Origin: Clostridia bacterium
Lineage (GTDB): Bacteria; Bacillota; Clostridia; Christensenellales; Aristaeellaceae
Direction of reading: 5' to 3'
Assembly (NCBI GenBank): GCA_017532155.1
Contig: JAFXJP010000048.1
Location: 231 to 64,230 of the forward strand
DNA: 64,000 nucleotides
The position numbers and the translations under genes are program-made. Of this stretch, positions 45,563-55,431 are shown piece by piece; within the stretch, counting starts at the first letter, position 1, and each line of letters opens with the position of its first letter. The notes beneath the pieces were generated by a model that worked only from the letters and a program-made list of their open reading frames with translations, was not told the DNA's origin and searched no databases.

Positions 45563-48500
45563 TTACATGCCGTCAAAGAGGCTGAGCAGATCTTCATCAG
45601 ACAGTTTGGTGGGCATCGATTCTCCGGGGGTGATGAGCGCGTCAAAGAGCTTGCGCTTACTCTTGCTCATGTTGGAAACCTGTTCCTCGATGGAATCGTG
45701 CATCAGCAGGCGGATAACCTCGACCTCCTTGGTCTGGCCGATGCGGTGCGCACGGTCAACGGCCTGCTCCTCGGCGGCAGGATTCCACCAGGGATCGTAA
45801 TGCACGACCATATCGGCGCCGGTGAGATTGAGGCCTGTGCCGCCTGCCTTGAGGGACAAGAGAAATACATGGCCCTTGCCGGCGTTAAAGTCGGCGCACA
45901 TTTTCACGCGTTCGTCCGCCGGGGTATCGCCGTCCAGATACAGGCACTGGATGCCTTCCTGGATCAGGCGCGTTTCGATGAGCTTGAGCATGCGGGTAAA
46001 CTGCGAGAATACCAGTGCGCGGCGGCCGGCCTGGATGGCGGGCAGCAACACGTCCACCAGCATTTCTAGCTTGCCGGAGGCGCCGGCGTAATCGGGCAGG
46101 CAAAGGACGGGATGGCAGCAGATCTGCCGCAGTTCCGTGATGGCGGAGAGTACCTCCGCGCGGCCCTTGGCCATGCCGCGGGTGGTGAGAATCTGCTTGA
46201 CGTACTCGCGGCGGCGCAGAAGACCGGCCTGGTATACCTTGCGCTGCTCGGGCGACATTTCGGCCATCATGGTGACTTCCAGCTTGTCGGGCAGCTCGGT
46301 CAGCACGTCCTTTTTGAGACGGCGCATCAGGAAGGGGCGGATGCGGCGCATCAGCTCTTCGCTGTTTTCGCCCTCGCCGTAGCGGCGCATGAAGGCGCCG
46401 GCGCGCGGCAGATAGCCGGGCAGAATGAAATCAAAGATGCTCCACAATTCGCCGGCGTGGTTTTCCATGGGCGTGCCGGTAAGGGCAATGCGCGTATCGG
46501 CAGTCAGCAGCTTTACGGCATGCGCGCCGACGCTGGAGGCGTTTTTAATATGCTGCGCTTCGTCCAGAATGGCAAAGCGGAAGGGGATATCGCTGAGTAA
46601 CTGCGCGTCGCGGCGGATGAGCGGATAGCTGGTGACCAAAACATCCGGCGCCTCCGGCCCGGTAAGCAGTTTAATCTGTTCGGCGCGGGAGGCCTGCGAG
46701 CCGGAGAGGAGCATGACGTCCAGATCAGGCGCAAAGCGCTTGAGCTCGCTCAGCCAGTTGTAGGTCAGAGAGGTGGGCGCGACGATGACGGAAGGCTTTT
46801 TTTCTGCCTCCGTGCGCACATAATACAGGACGGCGGCGATGGTCTGGATGGTTTTGCCAAGGCCCATGTCGTCGGCCAGGATGCCGCCCATGTGCAGCGA
46901 ATGTAGCGCGCACAGCCACTGGAAACCTCTTTCCTGATAAGGACGCAGGCAATCGATGGGCGATATGGCCTCGGGAACGCTGAGATTGGCAGCGCGCGCG
47001 GCTTCCTCATCCAGTTCGACCGGCAGATCGTTGCTGCGGATGAGCGCATCCATATAGGCGGCGCGGTACATGCCCAGATCCCGGGTGTCGGTAAATTCTG
47101 TCGCTTCGCAGACAGCCTCGGCCAGCGGCTGCCAGGCGTCGGTATCTTCCAGCGTAATGAAAGAGCCGTCCTTGAAGCGGAAGTAGCTGGCGCGGTCGCG
47201 CAGCGCACGCATGAGCGGCAGCAGCTCTTCCACTTCAGCATCGCCGTCGAGCATTTCCAGCTGCAGCTGGCCGCTGGCGGCGCGCAGCGCGCCCGAAAGC
47301 GAGGCTCTGCGCGGCGTGAGCTTGCGGAAATCGTTGCTGAAGAACACCTCGGCGTACTGCAAAAGCTTGCTGGCGCCTTCGGTGACAAAATCGTACACAT
47401 CATCCGTGCCGGTCAGATAGACGCGGCCGCTGGATACGCGGAAGCCTGCACCGGCAAGCAGCTCGGTGATTTCCTGCTCGCGCTGCGCGTCGCGCAAAAG
47501 CAGGGGCGACATCGTTTCGTCCGGCGGCGCGAAGGGATCAATTACATGCTCGCCGTAGATAAATTCTGTACGGGCGACAACATCCTGCCCCGCTCGGTCC
47601 AGATAGACCTTGGCACGGAAGGGGTAGCGCACCAATTGGCTTTCAAGCTCGGGGGAATAGCGCATTTCACCTACGCGTGAGAGCCACAGCGTCATTTCGC
47701 TCATGACCTTTTGCGTCTGCTCGGGCTCAAAGATAAATGCGGCGCTGCCGCTTGTGGCTTCTGCGGCGCAGATACGCGTGACCGAACGCTGTGTGCGCGA
47801 TACGGAGAAGACCTTGTCATCTACCAGCGCATAGGCACAATCCTCCGTCAATGGACGGATTTTGCCTTCAAAGGTGGCTGTAACGCACAGCCTGTGCTGG
47901 CCCGTGGCAGGGCGGCCGCGATCGCTGAGGGTGAAAACAAGCGGCAGCGGCTCGGAAAGCATGCCGGTCTGCACAATGGGCGCTTCCATGCTTTCGGTCT
48001 GCAGGCGGTATTTCATGCGGGAAAGAATATCCCACACGCGCTGGGCAGAGGGGGCGGACAGGGGCATCAGACGCGCATCCTGCACGCCGATGGCGACCTT
48101 GGCGGCGGACAGCGTGGCGCAGTGGATGCGCAGCACGTCAATCAGTTCTCTTACGGGCTCGGTAAAGCGCATCCAGGAAGGGAAAAAGGTAAAGCCCTTA
48201 CCAAAGTCGAGCGGCTCGCCTTGATCGATGCATTCAATAAATTCGGGGATGGAGCGGATTACATAAAGCCTGTCCTGGCCGATGCGAAGCCCAATGCGCA
48301 TATTGGTGCCGCTCATGCGGATTTCGGGCTCCAGCTTGATGATGGTGCTTTCGGGCAGCGCGCCTTCCATGGCGTCAAGCAGGGAGCCTGAACGGCGGCG
48401 GGCGCGCATTTCATTGAGCGCGCGCATGGCGCCCGAGGCGCTGGCTTCCATCAGCGCGGCGACCATATGGCGGCAAAGGGGAGAGCGATCGCACACGCAT

Positions 48501-48670
48501 TCTACATGGCCGTCGGCAAAAAGACGCACGGTGGAGTGCGAGGCGGCCACGCTGTAGGTAAGGGCGTCGGCAGAGCGCGTGATCTCGCGCACAGCGCCGC
48601 GGCGATAAAGGCCGCGTCCGGCGTCAAATTCTTCCTCGCCCATCTTTTCTCTGAGTTTAAGCATGTCCAT
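45563..48670 (-). CDS. SNF2-family helicase with an N-terminal SWIM zinc finger
   Basis: SWIM motif CVCDRSPLCRHMVAAL. Helicase motifs ILADDMGLGKT, DEAQHIKN, LKAGGTGLNLTGAD and QAVDRAHRIGQ. Start chosen at the ATG at 48670. Confidence 0.9.
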   Translation of the reverse strand: MDMLKLREKMGEEEFDAGRGLYRRGAVREITRSADALTYSVAASHSTVRLFADGHVECVCDRSPLCRHMVAALMEASASGAMRALNEMRARRRSGSLLDAMEGALPESTIIKLEPEIRMSGTNMRIGLRIGQDRLYVIRSIPEFIECIDQGEPLDFGKGFTFFPSWMRFTEPVRELIDVLRIHCATLSAAKVAIGVQDARLMPLSAPSAQRVWDILSRMKYRLQTESMEAPIVQTGMLSEPLPLVFTLSDRGRPATGQHRLCVTATFEGKIRPLTEDCAYALVDDKVFSVSRTQRSVTRICAAEATSGSAAFIFEPEQTQKVMSEMTLWLSRVGEMRYSPELESQLVRYPFRAKVYLDRAGQDVVARTEFIYGEHVIDPFAPPDETMSPLLLRDAQREQEITELLAGAGFRVSSGRVYLTGTDDVYDFVTEGASKLLQYAEVFFSNDFRKLTPRRASLSGALRAASGQLQLEMLDGDAEVEELLPLMRALRDRASYFRFKDGSFITLEDTDAWQPLAEAVCEATEFTDTRDLGMYRAAYMDALIRSNDLPVELDEEAARAANLSVPEAISPIDCLRPYQERGFQWLCALHSLHMGGILADDMGLGKTIQTIAAVLYYVRTEAEKKPSVIVAPTSLTYNWLSELKRFAPDLDVMLLSGSQASRAEQIKLLTGPEAPDVLVTSYPLIRRDAQLLSDIPFRFAILDEAQHIKNASSVGAHAVKLLTADTRIALTGTPMENHAGELWSIFDFILPGYLPRAGAFMRRYGEGENSEELMRRIRPFLMRRLKKDVLTELPDKLEVTMMAEMSPEQRKVYQAGLLRRREYVKQILTTRGMAKGRAEVLSAITELRQICCHPVLCLPDYAGASGKLEMLVDVLLPAIQAGRRALVFSQFTRMLKLIETRLIQEGIQCLYLDGDTPADERVKMCADFNAGKGHVFLLSLKAGGTGLNLTGADMVVHYDPWWNPAAEEQAVDRAHRIGQTKEVEVIRLLMHDSIEEQVSNMSKSKRKLFDALITPGESMPTKLSDEDLLSLFDGM

Positions 48671-48837
48671 ACGACAATTAAATCCTCCATTAAATGCGAA
48701 AAATTCGCATCTTTCTATCATTCGACGTTTGTTCCTTTTTTCCTGCCGGAGAAAAGGAGCGGCGCAGGAAAAATTTCATTCTTTTTCAATTTGTGGCTAA
48801 AATGAAGGGATTTTATGCATAAATGGATAGAATTTGC

Positions 48838-48866
48838 TTGACGAACAAAGGGAAATTGGGTAAAAT
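48838..48866 (+). promoter_or_regulatory. Candidate promoter of the 667-aa hypothetical gene
   Basis: TTGACG at 48838-48843, a 17-nt spacer, TAAAAT at 48861-48866. Confidence 0.5.
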
Positions 48867-48925
48867 GAATTTACGCGAGAATACCGGAATGAATTGTATA
48901 TCAGGGAGAGGAGCCTGGGCTTTTT

Positions 48926-50929
48926 ATGGATTTTGCAGGTCGTATCGTTTTATCTTTTTTGGAAGAAGACAATATTCAGCGTGCATATTTTCGTATTCGT
49001 CCGCTGCTGATGCAGGAAGGAGCGCTCAAGCAGCAGGATATTGACGCGCTGCCGGATGAAGGTTATTTGCGCATTGTGCCGGATAAGAATGAGCAGCACA
49101 CGTTCAAGGATCGCATGCGCGAGCTGGGGTCGCTGTGCGTACTGGATCTTAAGCATATTCCGCCCGAGGCGGTGAAGATCCGCAGCAATAAGAATTATGC
49201 CCCGCAGCGCGGCGAAAAGAACCAGTTTATTGTGTATTCTGATGCGGTGCAGGCTGTGCCACAGCATATGGTATACGAAGTAATTACCGCCGAAATGGGC
49301 GATAAGGAAAAGCTCAGCCGCGCCGGCACGGCCATGTGCTATGTCAGGTCCGGCGGCAATATTTACGGCCCTGTCAGCCGTGCTACGGGCGTTGCGCAGG
49401 AGGATGCCGCGCAATTGCCGCCCGACAGCCAGGGGATTTATGCCATTACCATGCCCGATGGCGCTGAAAGACTGTTTTATTGGCCGCAGATTGAAGAAAA
49501 GACAAAGCCTGTTGCCCAGAGCGCGCAGGTTGAAGAGAAAAAGCCCGAAGAAAAGGAAGCGCAGCCTGAGGAGCGCAAGCTCAGCGGCGTGCCGCTGTAT
49601 CAGACCGCTGTGCGCCGACAGAATACGCAGCGCGCGCATAACCCGCTGATGGACGTAGTGGATCAGCAGATGCGCGCCGGCCGTATGGAAGCGCCTGGGG
49701 CTGTGCTGGCGGGCGGCGTGGTGCCGCGTCAGGTGGAAAACCCCATGGAGGCGTATAAGCGTTCTCTGAGCGCGCTGTGGCCTGTGCAGGAGATGCAGCG
49801 TCAGGCGGTGGAGCATATGCTCAGCCTGACGGGTGTGCAGCATATTCTCGATCAGCTGCTGGCGGGCCGCGGCACAGATGCTGTAACGCATGCCATGAAC
49901 AGCCAGATTCAGGATCTGGAGGCGGAAAGACTGTCGATCATCATGCAGCTGGAGCGCGGTAAAAAGAATCTGGCTGAGCTGCGCAGCGAAGCGATTGGCA
50001 ATCTGACACATGAGGAACAGGAAAAGCTGGGCCGCATCCGCAGGGATATTGAAGCGGCCCGGGAGGATGTGGAAAGAATCAATGCAGCGCGTGCGCAGCT
50101 GATTGACGAGCGTGACGCGCTGGTGGCTGAAATGAAGGCCTGCCAGGGAGAAAAGCTGCAGCTGACGCCTGTCATTGGCGGCCGTGTGGAATTGAAGGTG
50201 CTGTGCGAGCGGGTTCAGCAGTGCATGCGCCATGCGGGTATTGACTGCGCGTGGGATGATGCGGTGCATCTGCTGACGCTTCTGTGCGTTTGCGGCGATC
50301 AGATGGAAATCAGTGCGCCGACGGCTTCTGACGGGCTGGCGGCAGCCCATGCACTGGCCATTGCGCTGGGCGCAGCCTATGAATATGACGAAGACGGCTT
50401 TGCGCCTGTGTATGTGCATGTCGGCGGCGATGTTTTTGTTCTGCTTTCGACGCATTTTGCCCGTGCCGCCAAGGCGCCGTGCCAGCGCTTGATCGTGCAT
50501 AACGGGCTGGATCAGGAACGCGGACAGGTGTTTGCTGCCGCGCCCTGGCCGGTTGCGAATTTGAAGGTATTGGCGGGCTGGGAGGAGCATGCGCTGCCTG
50601 TTTGCACGCCTGTTGCGGCGGCGGCCTTGCATGAAAGCGTATTCCGTGATAAAATCGATCCGCCCAAGGCTGCGCTGAAGCTGCTGGATGACATGGATCA
50701 GGCGCTGCGTGAAGCCGGGGCGCCCATGGCCTATCAGACCCGCCGCATGCTGCATCGTTATCTTTCTGCTGCTTCTGTGCATATGGAAGGTGGCGCGGCA
50801 ACGGCGATCGATTATGCAGTCAGCGCGTTTGTGCTGCCGCATGCGGCCATGTATCAGGTGCCGCTTGATGTGCTCAAGCCCTTCCTGGGTGGCTTGACGC
50901 ATGCTTCGGCGATGCTTGGCAAGGAATGA
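48926..50929 (+). CDS. Large hypothetical protein (N-terminal globular domain, E/K/Q-rich linker, coiled coil, C-terminal domain)
   Basis: GGGAGAGGAG RBS. 667 aa. No motif I can name. Divergent from the SNF2 gene and 5 nt upstream of the TrmH gene. Confidence 0.75.
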   Translation: MDFAGRIVLSFLEEDNIQRAYFRIRPLLMQEGALKQQDIDALPDEGYLRIVPDKNEQHTFKDRMRELGSLCVLDLKHIPPEAVKIRSNKNYAPQRGEKNQFIVYSDAVQAVPQHMVYEVITAEMGDKEKLSRAGTAMCYVRSGGNIYGPVSRATGVAQEDAAQLPPDSQGIYAITMPDGAERLFYWPQIEEKTKPVAQSAQVEEKKPEEKEAQPEERKLSGVPLYQTAVRRQNTQRAHNPLMDVVDQQMRAGRMEAPGAVLAGGVVPRQVENPMEAYKRSLSALWPVQEMQRQAVEHMLSLTGVQHILDQLLAGRGTDAVTHAMNSQIQDLEAERLSIIMQLERGKKNLAELRSEAIGNLTHEEQEKLGRIRRDIEAAREDVERINAARAQLIDERDALVAEMKACQGEKLQLTPVIGGRVELKVLCERVQQCMRHAGIDCAWDDAVHLLTLLCVCGDQMEISAPTASDGLAAAHALAIALGAAYEYDEDGFAPVYVHVGGDVFVLLSTHFARAAKAPCQRLIVHNGLDQERGQVFAAAPWPVANLKVLAGWEEHALPVCTPVAAAALHESVFRDKIDPPKAALKLLDDMDQALREAGAPMAYQTRRMLHRYLSAASVHMEGGAATAIDYAVSAFVLPHAAMYQVPLDVLKPFLGGLTHASAMLGKE

Positions 50930-50934
50930 AATAA

Positions 50935-51720
50935 ATGAAAGAATTGCATATTACCAGCCTGCAGAATGCGCAGGTGAAGGCATGGCGCGCCCTGAAGGAT
51001 AGCAAGGGGCGCGCCGCCCAACGTCTGTTTCTGGCGGAGGGCGATCATATGGCCGGCGAGGCCCTGAAAGAGAATTTTGTCAAAACGCTCCTGGTGGATG
51101 AATCCGCCACGGAGCGTTATGCCATGCATATCAATACGGCACGGGAAAAGGATGTGGATATTTGCCTTTTGCCCGAGCATGTGCTGTCTTCCGTGTGCGA
51201 TGCACGCACGCCGCAGGGCATTGTGGCAGTTTGCAATCTGCCGGAAATCAAGAAGGGACTGAACGGCACAGAAAGGCTGCTGGCAGCGCTGGACGGCGTA
51301 CAGGATCCCGGCAACGTGGGCACAATCCTGCGCACGCTGGATGCAGCAGGCTTTGACGCGATGCTGATCAATGCCAAAACAGCAGATCCTTATGCCCCCA
51401 AGGCGCTGCGGGCGTCGATGGGCGCGGTGTTCCGCATTCCGGTATACAGCGCTGATTTGCCGGAGGCGCTGACGACGCTGGCGCAGACGCATGATTTGTA
51501 TGCCGGCGCGCTGGACGGCGGGCCGTTCTTCGAAAGGAAGCGCACAAAGCCCGGCGCCTGCGTGATCATTGGTAACGAGGGACAGGGTATATCGCAGCAG
51601 GTGTATGCGGTGCAAGGCATTGAAAAGGTGAAACTGCCCATGGTGGGCGGCGCGGAATCGCTGAATGCATCGGTGGCGGCCGGAATCATGATATATGATA
51701 TTGTCCGGCGCGGAGAATAA
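50935..51720 (+). CDS. TrmH/SpoU-family RNA 2'-O-methyltransferase
   Basis: LDGVQDPGNVGTILRT, IIGNEGQGIS and ESLNASVAAGI. Confidence 0.9.
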   Translation: MKELHITSLQNAQVKAWRALKDSKGRAAQRLFLAEGDHMAGEALKENFVKTLLVDESATERYAMHINTAREKDVDICLLPEHVLSSVCDARTPQGIVAVCNLPEIKKGLNGTERLLAALDGVQDPGNVGTILRTLDAAGFDAMLINAKTADPYAPKALRASMGAVFRIPVYSADLPEALTTLAQTHDLYAGALDGGPFFERKRTKPGACVIIGNEGQGISQQVYAVQGIEKVKLPMVGGAESLNASVAAGIMIYDIVRRGE

Positions 51721-51735
51721 CAGGGAGGAAAATGA

Positions 51736-52653
51736 ATGAGCTTATTGTACTGGATTGAAAGCTGGCGCACGCCCTGGCTGGATGCGTTTTTCAGCGTGAT
51801 TACAGAGCTTGGCGGCGAAGTGTTTTTTATGGCGGTGGCCATCATCTTTTTCTGGTGTTCGGACAAGGGCAAGGGCTATTATGTGCTGACGGTTGGTTTT
51901 GTCGGCACGCTGCTCAATCAGTTTTTGAAGCTGCTCTTCCGCGTGTCGCGTCCGTGGGTGAAGGATCCGAACTTCACGATCGTTGAAAGCGCGCGTGCGG
52001 AGGCAACGGGCTATTCTTTCCCCAGCGGTCATACGCAGAATGCTGCGGCGACGCTGGGATGTACGGCCATGGTGCTGCGCAAAAAGGCGCTCAAGATTCT
52101 CTTCTGGGTGCTGTATGCGCTGGTAGCCTTCTCGCGCATGTATCTGGGCGTGCATACGCCCATGGATGTGGGCGTATCGCTGGTGCTGGGATTGGCGATG
52201 ACGATCGGGCTGTATCCGCTTTTCCGCGATGCGGAGAATAATCCCCGGCGTATTTATGCGCTGCTGGGCGGTATGGTGGGTCTGGGCGTACTTTTTATTC
52301 TGTTTGTGGAAATGTACCGCTTCCCGGCGGACGTGGATGCGGACAATCTGCTGCACGGCGTGGAAAATGCCTACAAGCTGACAGGTGCGGTGACAGGCAT
52401 GCTGCTGGCCTACTGGCTGGATCAGCGCTATATTCATTTTGATGTGAAAGCGCCGGTGCTGGTGCAGGTGATCAAGTGCGCGCTGGGATTGGCGCTGGTG
52501 ATGGGCGTGCGCGTGGTGCTTAAGGCGCCGCTGAATGCGCTGATACCTTATACGCCGGTGGCGGGCGGCCTGCGCTATATGCTGATGGTGCTGTTTGCGG
52601 CGGCAGTGTGGCCGTTGACATTCCCCTGGTGGAAAAAGATTTGCAAGTGCTGA
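51736..52653 (+). CDS. PAP2-family phosphatase (membrane)
   Basis: KxxxxxxRP-type FRVSRPW, then SFPSGHT and SRMYLGVHTPMDV. Confidence 0.88.
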   Translation: MSLLYWIESWRTPWLDAFFSVITELGGEVFFMAVAIIFFWCSDKGKGYYVLTVGFVGTLLNQFLKLLFRVSRPWVKDPNFTIVESARAEATGYSFPSGHTQNAAATLGCTAMVLRKKALKILFWVLYALVAFSRMYLGVHTPMDVGVSLVLGLAMTIGLYPLFRDAENNPRRIYALLGGMVGLGVLFILFVEMYRFPADVDADNLLHGVENAYKLTGAVTGMLLAYWLDQRYIHFDVKAPVLVQVIKCALGLALVMGVRVVLKAPLNALIPYTPVAGGLRYMLMVLFAAAVWPLTFPWWKKICKC

Positions 52654-52664
52654 AGATGCTTTTG

Positions 52665-52694
52665 AAAAGGCGTGCCGGATGGTACGCCTTTTTT
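52665..52694 (+). terminator. Rho-independent terminator after the PAP2 gene
   Basis: Stem AAAAGGCGT / ACGCCTTTT, then a T run. Confidence 0.75.
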
Positions 52695-52751
52695 ATGTGC
52701 CGCATAGGATGAGATGGGCATCAGCCTAAATGATTATGATTGGGTGATTCT

Positions 52752-53504
52752 ATGGCGAATTGTTTGAATACAACGCCGCTGTATGCGGGCTGCACTTCGG
52801 TCTTTGGTTGCTCTGGAAACAGCTACGGCTGCAATAATACGCGCGTTTGCTATGGCCCGACCGGCCCGATGGGGCCTGCCGGCCCTCAGGGTGAAACGGG
52901 CCCTCAGGGCGAAATGGGTCCCCAGGGCCCTGCCGGCCCCCAGGGAGCTGCCGGTCCTCGGGGCGAAATGGGTCCGCAGGGGCCTGCCGGCCCCCAGGGC
53001 GAAATGGGTCCGCAGGGGCCTGCCGGCCCGCGGGGCGCTGTTGGCCCTCAGGGGCCTATGGGTCCGCAGGGTGCTGTTGGCCCGCAGGGACCTGCTGGCC
53101 CTCGCGGAGAGAGTCAGGTGCAGGCCAGCGCTCAGTTTTCTACAGTCAGAGCACAGCTGGTAGATGGCGGCTGCTATCCTGTGGATACGGATATCGCAGA
53201 TGCTACGGGGCATATCGTGTCGGTCGAAAATGCGATTTCTCTGTCTTCCGGCAGATATTATGTGTCGTATCTGATTAACAATAGCAACGGCACAGCGGGC
53301 ACGTTTGCCATCACGCCGGTAGTGAACGGCGTAGCGCAGCGGACGTATCGCGCGGCAGAGTCGGTTGTGGCGGGCGAGGTGCTTACGCTTGCAGGCAGTT
53401 TCCTGATGGAAGCGGCTGCAAACACGCTGCTGAGCTTTATGGTGGAAGCGGCGCCTGGCACGGTCACGTCTGATGTGCTGTTTACCGTGATTCAGGTGCA
53501 ATAA
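52752..53504 (+). CDS. Collagen-like triple-helix repeat protein (BclA-like architecture)
   Basis: Cys-rich N-terminus (5 Cys in 34 aa), 28-29 uninterrupted G-X-Y triplets, and a C-terminal globular domain of about 130 aa. The RBS is weak and the start (ATG at 52752) is uncertain. Confidence 0.8.
   Translation: MANCLNTTPLYAGCTSVFGCSGNSYGCNNTRVCYGPTGPMGPAGPQGETGPQGEMGPQGPAGPQGAAGPRGEMGPQGPAGPQGEMGPQGPAGPRGAVGPQGPMGPQGAVGPQGPAGPRGESQVQASAQFSTVRAQLVDGGCYPVDTDIADATGHIVSVENAISLSSGRYYVSYLINNSNGTAGTFAITPVVNGVAQRTYRAAESVVAGEVLTLAGSFLMEAAANTLLSFMVEAAPGTVTSDVLFTVIQVQ
52854..53114 (+). repeat. G-X-Y collagen triplet tract (coding)
   Basis: [21 protein letters not shown]...[12 protein letters not shown], read from the translation. 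Confidence 0.9.
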
Positions 53505-53510
53505 GAAACA

Positions 53511-53539
53511 CCCTCCCTGTCCGCGACGGACGGGGAGGG
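53511..53539. terminator. Bidirectional terminator
   Basis: 13-bp stem CCCTCCCTGTCCG / CGGACGGGGAGGG (one G-U pair) with a 3-nt loop, between convergent genes. Confidence 0.75.
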
Positions 53540-53545
53540 CATTTG

Positions 53546-54418
53546 TTATTCATCAAGCTTGGCGGAAGCATCCAGGCTGCGGCTGGGGTGAAACTGGGAG
53601 GGAGGCATGCCGTATTGCTGCGTGAAGGCATGACAGAAGGCAGAGTGATCGGTATAGCCGCAGAGCTTGCCTGCCTGCACAGCGCCAACGCCTTCGGTTA
53701 GCAATTCGGCAGCATGCAGCAAACGCTTGAGGCGGATGTATGCATGCGGGGGATAACCGGTGGCGGCGCGGAAGCGATGCTGGAAGGAAGAACGGCTCAT
53801 GAACAAATGAGCGGCGAGCGTGTCACAGGAAAGATTTTCGCTCAGATGGGTCTGAATGTAGGCAATGGCTTGTGTAACCTTGTCGTCGCCGTACGTTTCG
53901 TGCCTCTCAGACGCGTTTTTTTCGGCGGAGAGGCATAAAAGTACCATGAGCTCGGTTAAAATCGCTTCTGAGAGCGTGCTCTGATAAGGCGAGGGCTGCG
54001 TGAGGGCTTTTTCGAGCTTTTGCAGCAGATGGGAAACGGCGGCGCGATCAGGTTCATGAAGGCGCAGCAGGCTGACGCCTTTTTCTCTTGCGTGGCGGAA
54101 ACAGGCGCCCAGCCCGCCCGCTTCGCTGGCGATGGAGGAAAGATAGGCGTGATCCAGATAGAGAATGATGCGCTCGTAAGCGGCGCCGTCATAGGCATGC
54201 ATGCGGTGCAGCTGTCCCTGCGCGATGGTCAGCAAATCACCCGGCCGCAGCGGGTAGGTTTCGCTTTCCACGGTGTAATCCACATGACCTGTGATAAAAA
54301 AGACGATTTTATCAAAGGTGTGGTAATGCCAGTCCACCTTAAGCTCTTTCTGATCACGACTATGGAAAAGCCGGAATTTTTCGTGCAGGTAACCGCGCTC
54401 ATCGCCGGTAATATGCAT
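53546..54418 (-). CDS. AraC-family transcriptional regulator (cupin plus HTH)
   Basis: N-terminal cupin (WHYHTFDKIVFF) and a C-terminal AraC HTH (SRSSFQHRFRAATGYPPHAYIRLKRL). Confidence 0.88.
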   Translation of the reverse strand: MHITGDERGYLHEKFRLFHSRDQKELKVDWHYHTFDKIVFFITGHVDYTVESETYPLRPGDLLTIAQGQLHRMHAYDGAAYERIILYLDHAYLSSIASEAGGLGACFRHAREKGVSLLRLHEPDRAAVSHLLQKLEKALTQPSPYQSTLSEAILTELMVLLCLSAEKNASERHETYGDDKVTQAIAYIQTHLSENLSCDTLAAHLFMSRSSFQHRFRAATGYPPHAYIRLKRLLHAAELLTEGVGAVQAGKLCGYTDHSAFCHAFTQQYGMPPSQFHPSRSLDASAKLDE

Positions 54419-54464
54419 ACGTCACCTCTGCAAAAAATAACATATTTTTATCTATTATATCAGC

Positions 54465-55313
54465 TTATGTGGGAATATGTCCAGAAAATTGTGCGGCAGA
54501 TGCATTTCCTTTGCGGTATTGTCCGGGCGTGATGCCGTACATCTGACGAAATGCCACGCCGAATTGTGCGCCGGTCTGCAGGCCGATCAGGCGGGAGATT
54601 TCTTCCAGAGAGTGGCTGGTTTCCCTTAGCAGACGGCGAGCATGCCGCATACGAATATGTAAAAGCGCTTCCTTGGGCGTGCGGCCGCATTCGGCGACCA
54701 TCAGCCGATACAGGTGAGAGCGGCTCAGACCGACAAAATCGGCCGTTTCCTGGATGGATACGGCGCGCTCATAGTTGCCTTCCAGATACCAAAGCGCCTT
54801 ATCACAATAGCTTTTTGCGGGGGAAACGGCGCTTTCCGGGTCCGTTTGCGGGGCAATTTGTGCGATGAAACGCATCAGTCCGCCGGCGGCAGCCAGCTGA
54901 TTGAGGCGCAATGCCCGCGCATCGCTACGCATGTCCTGCAGGATTTGCCAGATAAGCAGGGGATCGGGCACGGTGAAGACGCGGTGCGTTGCATCAAGGC
55001 CTGTGGCGCTTGTGAGATATTCGGCCAGCTTGCCGCGATAACCGACCCAGGCATAGTGCCAGGGCGTGTCGCTGTCTGCCTGATAGCAGGTGATTTCCTC
55101 CGGCAGAATGAGAAAGCCCTGGCCGGGGCCAACGTCAAATTCACCCTCTGCGCATTGCAGCTTGCCGCAGCCGGAGAGAACGAAATGAATCAGAAAATGA
55201 GCGCGCTTTGCCGGGCCGTAGGCATGATCGGGCAAACATTTTTCTTCTCCCAAATTGACGATGAAAAGATTGTCCTCAAACGCTCCGGATGTTGAATTGA
55301 GTGATGGCGGCAT
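54465..55313 (-). CDS. AraC-family transcriptional regulator, divergent from the GH4 glycosidase gene
   Basis: Trimmed from ORF 54465..55499 to the ATG at 55313, 7 nt after AGGAGG. C-terminal HTH LSRSHLYRLM...YGITPGQYR. Confidence 0.88.
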   Translation of the reverse strand: MPPSLNSTSGAFEDNLFIVNLGEEKCLPDHAYGPAKRAHFLIHFVLSGCGKLQCAEGEFDVGPGQGFLILPEEITCYQADSDTPWHYAWVGYRGKLAEYLTSATGLDATHRVFTVPDPLLIWQILQDMRSDARALRLNQLAAAGGLMRFIAQIAPQTDPESAVSPAKSYCDKALWYLEGNYERAVSIQETADFVGLSRSHLYRLMVAECGRTPKEALLHIRMRHARRLLRETSHSLEEISRLIGLQTGAQFGVAFRQMYGITPGQYRKGNASAAQFSGHIPT

Positions 55314-55431
55314 AGGATCGCCTCCTGAAACATGCAACATTTTGAATGTATCATACAACAAAGAAAGTCTTTCGTCAACAGGCACTTTTGTGTATAATAA
55401 AGATACCCAATTGAGGAAGGGAGAATTTGTT

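Noticed and set aside
52734-53501. A 255-aa minus-strand ORF and a 126-aa plus-strand ORF overlapping the collagen-like gene.
   Set aside because: They are mirror-image artefacts of the GGN-CCN-NNN periodicity of the G-X-Y tract, giving Arg/Ala/Pro repeats. Only the frame yielding uninterrupted Gly-X-Y plus a non-repetitive C-terminal domain makes biological sense.
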